Shown here: piece by piece, positions 52,147 through 64,000 of the stretch
Layout of the letters: every line of letters begins with the position of its first letter
Numbering within the stretch: the stretch's first letter is position 1
Assembly: GCA_051362555.1 (NCBI GenBank)
Contig: CM120640.1
Location: forward strand, 67,992,788 to 68,056,787
DNA length: 64,000 bases
Reading direction: 5' to 3'
Source of the DNA: Lingula anatina
Taxonomy: Eukaryota > Animalia > Brachiopoda
The notes under the pieces: model-generated
The model's input: only the letters and a program-made list of their open reading frames with translations
Database searches by the model: none
What the model was told of the DNA's origin: nothing
Translations under genes and position numbers: made by a program

Positions 52147-54203
52147 CTATCCTATTGTTACTACAAACATTTTCTTCTTTAGTTCCATAGATGGTTCTGG
52201 ACTCTTGGTAATGAGGATGAACATGAACTGCTTCATGGTTTCCTCCATCAGGTAGGTCTTATGTGGGTCGACTTCAAATTCTGGTGGATCACCATCCTTC
52301 ATGAGGCTCTTGTAACTGTTATATTAAACGAAGGAATAACATTTTCAAAAATTCAAGTATAATTTCTGTCACAAAATTTCTTTTCAAGTAATTTTATCGA
52401 TCTTGAAATACATCAAAATACATTGAACATTACATATATGTAAAGCACTCACTAAGGACAAAATGTTTTATTTATATTCATAAAGCAAAAAAAGAAAAAA
52501 AAATTAAAAACCCAAAGACTTATGAAAGTGGTAAAAGATAATTTTGAAATCGAAAAAAAATATGCCACACACCAATAAGTATTGGTGCTAGTGGCTTTAC
52601 ATGTGCAAGTAACTCACTTGTCAATGGTTAAGATACTTTGGTCCATGATCTTATCCATAAGTCCCTTTTGTATTTCTTCAAATCTTGTAACCACAGTATC
52701 AAACATGTCCACTTCATTCATATCCACAACTAAGGCTTTGGCAAACCTAAGTAATGAATTCAAATATAGACTGTAATGCATAAAAATGTAAATTTAAAAC
52801 AGGGAAGATTTCGAAACAATACTTGACATTTTGCTACTGGCATAATATTTCTTACACAGACTGACAATATTTCACATCATTTTTTCATCATTGAACACCA
52901 ACCTTTTATGTATTTATTAATAGTGTTTTTACAGTGCAGCAGTGGTTTTAAACAGCTTTGATGATGTGCCCCCTTTCCCAATTGTGTAAAAATCTTCTGC
53001 CATAATACTTAATAAGTTATATGAAAAATATATTTTGGAGAACCGCCATCCCTTTTGCCCATGTATGCTACATGCAACAGCAGCACCATGTTTTAATACA
53101 CATAATTAAAATATCAGCCTGGAGATTTGGACAAAAATGTATTTACTTCAGTGCTCCTAGCAGGGCCATTCTGATTCTGTCTGGTTCCATTTCACTGGGG
53201 TTAAAGGCATCAATGTAGTTGACATGCCGGTACTTGAGAAAGGTCCCTGAGATTCCTGATGGATCAACTAGAAGAGGCCATCTGGAAAAAAATGAACAAA
53301 TTACAATACCTACTAGAATTGTACTTATACAGTATGTGTATATTCATAGAGCAAACCATTATGTAGAAAGTGAAAGGGTTTCAAGCAATTTTTTATAAAA
53401 ACTGTTTCACTTACGCATTTTGTGTTACAGAAATAAAAACATAAAAAGTAAAAAGGTGTGGGAAGCTCTGAAACAAGTAGATATGAATTTCTGTATGGAG
53501 ACTTATTTGTCTCTTATTTTTGTCTCACAATATGCTTATTACTTACTTTCCAGATGCTCGGACTTTATTATTTTCCTCTGCAAATAGAACTCCAGCCAAT
53601 TCTTTTATGTTTATGTTTATACCTGCTGGCGGGGCTTCTGCCACTTTTTCTATAATTGAAATTAAAAAATGGTAAAATAAAGCAAACATGATGTCATATA
53701 GCAGTATCCATATGATATAGCTATCATGCATACTGTACTTGGCAATTTCATCATGTGTGTATTTAAATTTAAATTTAAATTTGATTTAATATTTTTTAAA
53801 TTTAAGTTAAAACTTGCAGATCTGGGAGATCAAAAACGGGCAAGGGTGTGGGAGGGGTTTTGATATTTTTGCCACTCGATCTCCCTCATCCCCTGCTGCT
53901 GAGAATATCTGAAGAAACAAATTGTACAATTTAGGGCATTAAGCTGTAATTCTGTGGGCTTCAAACTATATACTGGTATGTTCTTTCTCCCCATTTGGAA
54001 GAATGTGGTTTGTAAAAATAATTTTACTAACCTGGTTCTTTCTTAGCTTCAGGTTTTGTTTCAGTAGCTTTTGGAGCTGGTTTAGCAGTGGGTTTTGTTG
54101 TCGTTTTTGCCCCTGCTGGTTTAGCACCAGGTTTAGCACCTGATACTGCAGTTTTAGCAGCTGGCTTTGCCGCTGGCTTCTTAGCTACCGGTTTTGGGGG
54201 CAT
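52147..54203 (-). CDS. IQANK1-derived short paralogue (235 aa): P/A/K-rich N-terminus plus C-terminal dynein-AAA5-like domain, no IQ or ankyrin
   Basis: Exons 54203-54032, 53649-53547, 53281-53147, 52746-52618 and 52315-52147 give an intact frame. The last four exons have the same lengths (103/135/129/169 nt) and phases as exons 11-14 of the upstream gene. Contains KWPLLVDPSG...FLKYR...MFDTV. Confidence 0.88.
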
Positions 54204-54509
54204 CCTTGGGTCTGTGTGCCTGATTTACGAGTTTAAAAATTTGACGGTAACTTTGCATACAAATATTCATATATTAGAATAGTTATTTACAAATAAATGA
54301 AATTAACAAAGACAAGACGTACAGTAAGTGCATGGCCGTTGTTTATGACCGAAGCTTAGACGTCCTTGAAATTGAATGTCTCATATCACTTTAATGAAAC
54401 ATCTCACCCTTTAAATTTAGTCTCTAAACTACAGCATAATAATGTTACTTACAAAATAAAACGGTTAAAATCAGGACGACAGCTCGAGCCGCTGAATGCG
54501 CTGTAATCG

Positions 54510-54523
54510 GTTGTTGTAGCAAC
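54510..54523. promoter_or_regulatory. RFX X-box-like motif upstream of the short IQANK1 paralogue
   Basis: GTTGTTGTAGCAAC, a 14-mer with a canonical TAGCAAC half-site. It sits in a CpG-rich patch just upstream of a candidate 5'UTR exon (donor GTGAG at 54407, acceptor at 54220). Confidence 0.5.
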
Positions 54524-56231
54524 GGTGCAGAACTGGGTCATTTACTGGATCGGTTTTAAAACTAGGTCACCTACCAGGGGGTATTGGGTGTCCAGATTGC
54601 TCAATATCGTTTTGCAAACATAGGTTCTTATTCTGGGCCTTGTTATTGAACACCAAATGGTTCAATTTACCATGTTTGAGATATGATATCATTATTATTG
54701 ATCTCGATAATTCAAAGAAAAATCTGATTTGTTGACTACATAAACACGTTACATAACCTTTCGTTATTCTTACGTAATTCTCACTCATAAATATACATGC
54801 ATGACACATGCACCTCAGCAGTTTTGACTTCGTTTAAAGGTGCACAATGAGCAATTCAATTTCAGTGGTAATTGCAACACTTTCCCATTAGTCATTAAGA
54901 TATAAAATATTTGAGTTAATTATATATAAGTTCATTCGTGTTGTAATGAAGGATTAATAAATTAAGAGAAAATATTTTAAAAAAATTTAATTAGAGAAAA
55001 AAATTAATCATTGTAAAAAACAGCTGTTAGGGAAAAACCATGGTCAAGCTTAAAGTTCATTATATATTTATTGTCTCAAAATGGCAACATAATAAAGACA
55101 AATTATTATAAATGATATTGTTATAGAGGGTTATTTAAAGTTTATTTATCAAAGTTTATTCACAGCAGAAGATTTCAATTGTTTTAAAAATAATCATCTG
55201 AAAATATGCTGAAAGCTTTTATACCGTAGTACAGTATGTATCAAAAAACAGTATTTTCATTTGGACGGATCAACTGCATCACAAAAGAACTGTTGCAACA
55301 TCAAGAGCCAAGTAATACTGTATATCTAAATGTATCTTTAATGCTAGTACAATCAATTCACCACTGTCTTTTAGCAAACAGGAAACAATATTGCTTAATT
55401 TCTACAAAAAAAAGTTGGAAGTATACAAATCTTTTCAAATGTTCTGTAACCACCAATAAATTTAAGCCACCTTTCAGGTAAACATTAAAGAAACTAAAAA
55501 CATTTTTGAACTTTGAGTTTAAAAGAAATACACTGACAAAGTTATGTAAATATAAAAAAATAACACTAAAAAGAATAAAAAAAGAACATTTATGAGCAGT
55601 TCTTACTGCAGATACATACCTCTTTAAGTCAGAAATTTCAAAATTACAATCTATATTCTTTTTAAAGTAAACAAGTTAAAAAGGACAAATGTATCTTAAA
55701 CTGACAACAAATGTCTCTACTACATATCAATAAGCAAATTAATATAAATTCATTGCAAATGAATTCAAACTACAATTATTACAAAACTAGCTTTCAATCC
55801 CCCTTATATGATGGTAATTTTCTATCAGCTGTCTGTGTTAATATGCATACAGAATATTCAAGTTTTAGGCATTTATGTTTTTACTTGGACCCGACATACA
55901 CGTATCAAATGTTTTTACTATAAAAAAAAGAATCATTCTTCAGTTGCACAACTGTATATTAGTGTACTTGTACTTCTATGAATCAAGTTCCCAATCAATA
56001 TATCTTTAGATCTTTTCTTCAAGAAACAGAAACTTTATAATTTTTTTGCATCTGTAAACATTGTATGGTTAAACTTGAGAGTTATGTTTGCTAACTGAGA
56101 AATTTCCAAGGAATTTGTGATACATTTATTGTTTGTTGATGCCCCCCCCCCCAAAAAAAGATAATAATAATAAAATAAAAAAAAATAATAATAATAATAA
56201 AATTTTAAAAAATTCAGACATTGCTGTATTA

Positions 56232-56468
56232 GGGACCATTCCCACAGATATTTGGGTTGATCTATCTCCCTGGGGAGGCTCACTAAATTGCTATCAAACT
56301 AACCAGCTCAAATGTCTGTTAAACTGTTAGGGGGTAATTATCTTTAACCCTAGCTGATTCGGTAGTCGTGACAGACATTTAAGCCTCTTGAGCTGATAGC
56401 AATTTAGCGGGAACCCCCAGGGAGTTAGGTCAATCCAGATGGATCGATCTAAGTATGAGAACCCAGTC
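56232..56468. mobile_element. Tourist-like MITE (family B, copy 3, inverted)
   Basis: TTA duplication at 56229-56231 and 56469-56471. Contains gaacccccagggagttagg, the reverse complement of the family B core. Confidence 0.82.
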
Positions 56469-56790
56469 TTAGACTTACAGGTTAAGATTTTGATCTTTTG
56501 TTAAGAGAGGGATGCTTAAGCCATGTACAAACTTTGTTAACCTGGGACAACTTTCCGTACAAAGGACACAAACTACAGTAGTCTACAAATATAGGGTCGA
56601 TAGAAAGAACTTGTTTTTATTTAAAAAAAAATATGATGTTTAACTGGCAAAGCAGTTAAATTTGAAGGTCAGGTGCATTACATTACCTCAAAATTAGGAT
56701 TGGCCATATTCATAAACCATCTTATAAATTTTGTCTGGCCTTATTAAAATCTTATTTTTCACAAAAAATGAGTCAACAATTCTGCACGTA

Positions 56791-62279
<5,489 letters not shown>

Positions 62280-63211
62280 TTCCAACAACTGATAAAAGTC
62301 CCCAGTACCCTCTTACTCTTAGTGCTAGGGACTCTTTATAGTACCGCAGACGAAGATCTGACTACGAAACATTGGCTGGTGCAAGAATAAGAAGCAAAGC
62401 ATAAAACTATTATGTATGGAATTAAGAAAAGTAAAAAGAAAAACAAGTCTTTAAAATAATACGATAAAAAAATTATGTCTCAAATAAATTGTGGTACATT
62501 TCCTGATGTGACTCCGCAGAAAATTTGTCATTTTTCACCTATTAGCTGAGATTTCATTGGACAGCGAAGTAGGTCACAGAGAGGCACACATTTCCCGCCA
62601 TATAAGACTTTCATACTTAACGTCAATAATGTGGAATAACCAAGGTGGTGAGTACTGTTTTATGCTGATCAGACCAAACATTTAGTCCTACTTGATACCC
62701 CTTAAATATATAAGGGTGATGGAAACACCCTTCTTGTTCAATTCTCACCACCGTTGTTAACGTTTTGGCGATCGCAAGTTGCGACAAGTTTCAACCTGAG
62801 TGTATCAGTCGTGATTAATATCATTATAATAACAATGAAATGTAACGTGATTATTAACGAGTGGCATTAGCAAATATTACATTCAATCTATCATTAGATA
62901 AAAACAGACATGAGCTTTTCTTGCGGAATCATGATATTCCGCTTTTTTACATGACCCCAGAGCAATTAAACCCCCAATAATTTACGTAAGATGTTTGGTT
63001 CCACAATAAATGTTCAGAGTTTTTTTTCTTAAACCTGGGCTCGTGTCTGTAAAAAGAAAAAAAAAAAACACCTGTTTTGTCAAGATGAACCTCATAAAAA
63101 CGTATTTGTTTAGGTTTCAGTAACTATGATCAGGCTGGAGGGTTCGATTCTCCTGGAGGCTTCAGCTCCCCACAACAGTCCTCACAGCAGTCCAGGGTAG
63201 GTATGCATGAG

Positions 63212-63489
63212 GGGTCATGTCAATACTCCCCCGCACCGATACTACCCCACACCAATAATCCCAGTTAGTAAATTTTTGTGTATTACGCGCATTGATACGA
63301 CCCCACACCGATAGATCCCTGCATCAATACATCCCAAGTAAAATTACCAAATGTAGGCACACCGTTACTCCCCCACACCGATACTCCCCCACATCATTGC
63401 TTCCCTACATCGCTACTGCGGGGGAGTATCAGTGAGGGGGAGCATTGGTGCGGGGGAGTATCGGTGTGGGGACGTATAAGGATGTAACC
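63212..63489. mobile_element. Foldback-like MITE built from 16-bp subrepeats
   Basis: Direct copies of caccgatactccccc(g/a) on the left and inverted copies (gggggagtatcggtg) at the right end, terminating in tgtaacc. Confidence 0.6.
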
Positions 63490-64000
63490 ATGTACGAGAC
63501 ATGATAACACAATGTGAAACTGGTAAAGTGAAATGTTTATTGAGAATGTCTAATGTTTCAATTGTTTCCAGTTTAACTTTTAATCATGTCAGTTATTATC
63601 AGCAAGTTGTGAAATTTGGGGAATAATCCTCCATATCATGTGCAGATTTATGCCACAAAAGGAAATATTTCACCAAATATTTAAAATTAAATAAAACTTG
63701 TAATTAATTACACAGAGGGAACTATATATGGTTGATTTTGATGTTACTTTTTGTGTCTTTTTAAATATAATAATCATATTAATTTGGAATGACTTTATAA
63801 TTTTAAATGAGTGATAGGAGAGAGTTGAGAAAAATACTTTTAATGCTGGTTATCTGGAATTGAATGGCTTATAAAGGAAGCGTGTTGGAGTGTATCATTT
63901 GGTGTTTACATATTTGATAGATTATAAATGCATACTATATACAGCAATGGCATGCTTCTGAAATAGAAGCACTTAATCAGTAAAACCTCTACATGTTAGA

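Noticed and set aside
63125-63165. tRNA or SINE-like B-box GGTTCGATTC
   Set aside because: There is no convincing A-box or cloverleaf. At most it is a decayed tRNA-derived SINE head.

Overview
AT-rich, intron-rich animal genomic DNA. It is probably an invertebrate, and possibly a lophotrochozoan judging from the repeat types (inference). I assembled seven spliced genes by hand from GT-AG boundaries and reading phase: (1) the 3' part of ELP4 (+); (2, 3) two tandem orphan single-pass membrane proteins with NPGF and C-terminal PDZ-ligand motifs (-); (4) a KIM-domain receptor-type tyrosine phosphatase of the PTPRR/PTPN5/PTPN7 family (-), with a candidate 6-nt microexon; (5) a TINAGL1/Swim-like cathepsin-B pseudo-protease (+); (6) an IQANK1-like IQ/ankyrin gene (-); (7) an intact tandem paralogue of it that lost the IQ, ankyrin and coiled-coil exons and encodes a stand-alone dynein-AAA5-like domain. 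Repeats include several PIF/Harbinger and hAT MITEs and a 2.9-kb Helentron/DINE-like element carrying a 146-bp satellite in a higher-order repeat. Most ORFs in the supplied track are spurious or are single-exon fragments. All homology calls come from motif recognition, not from database searches.
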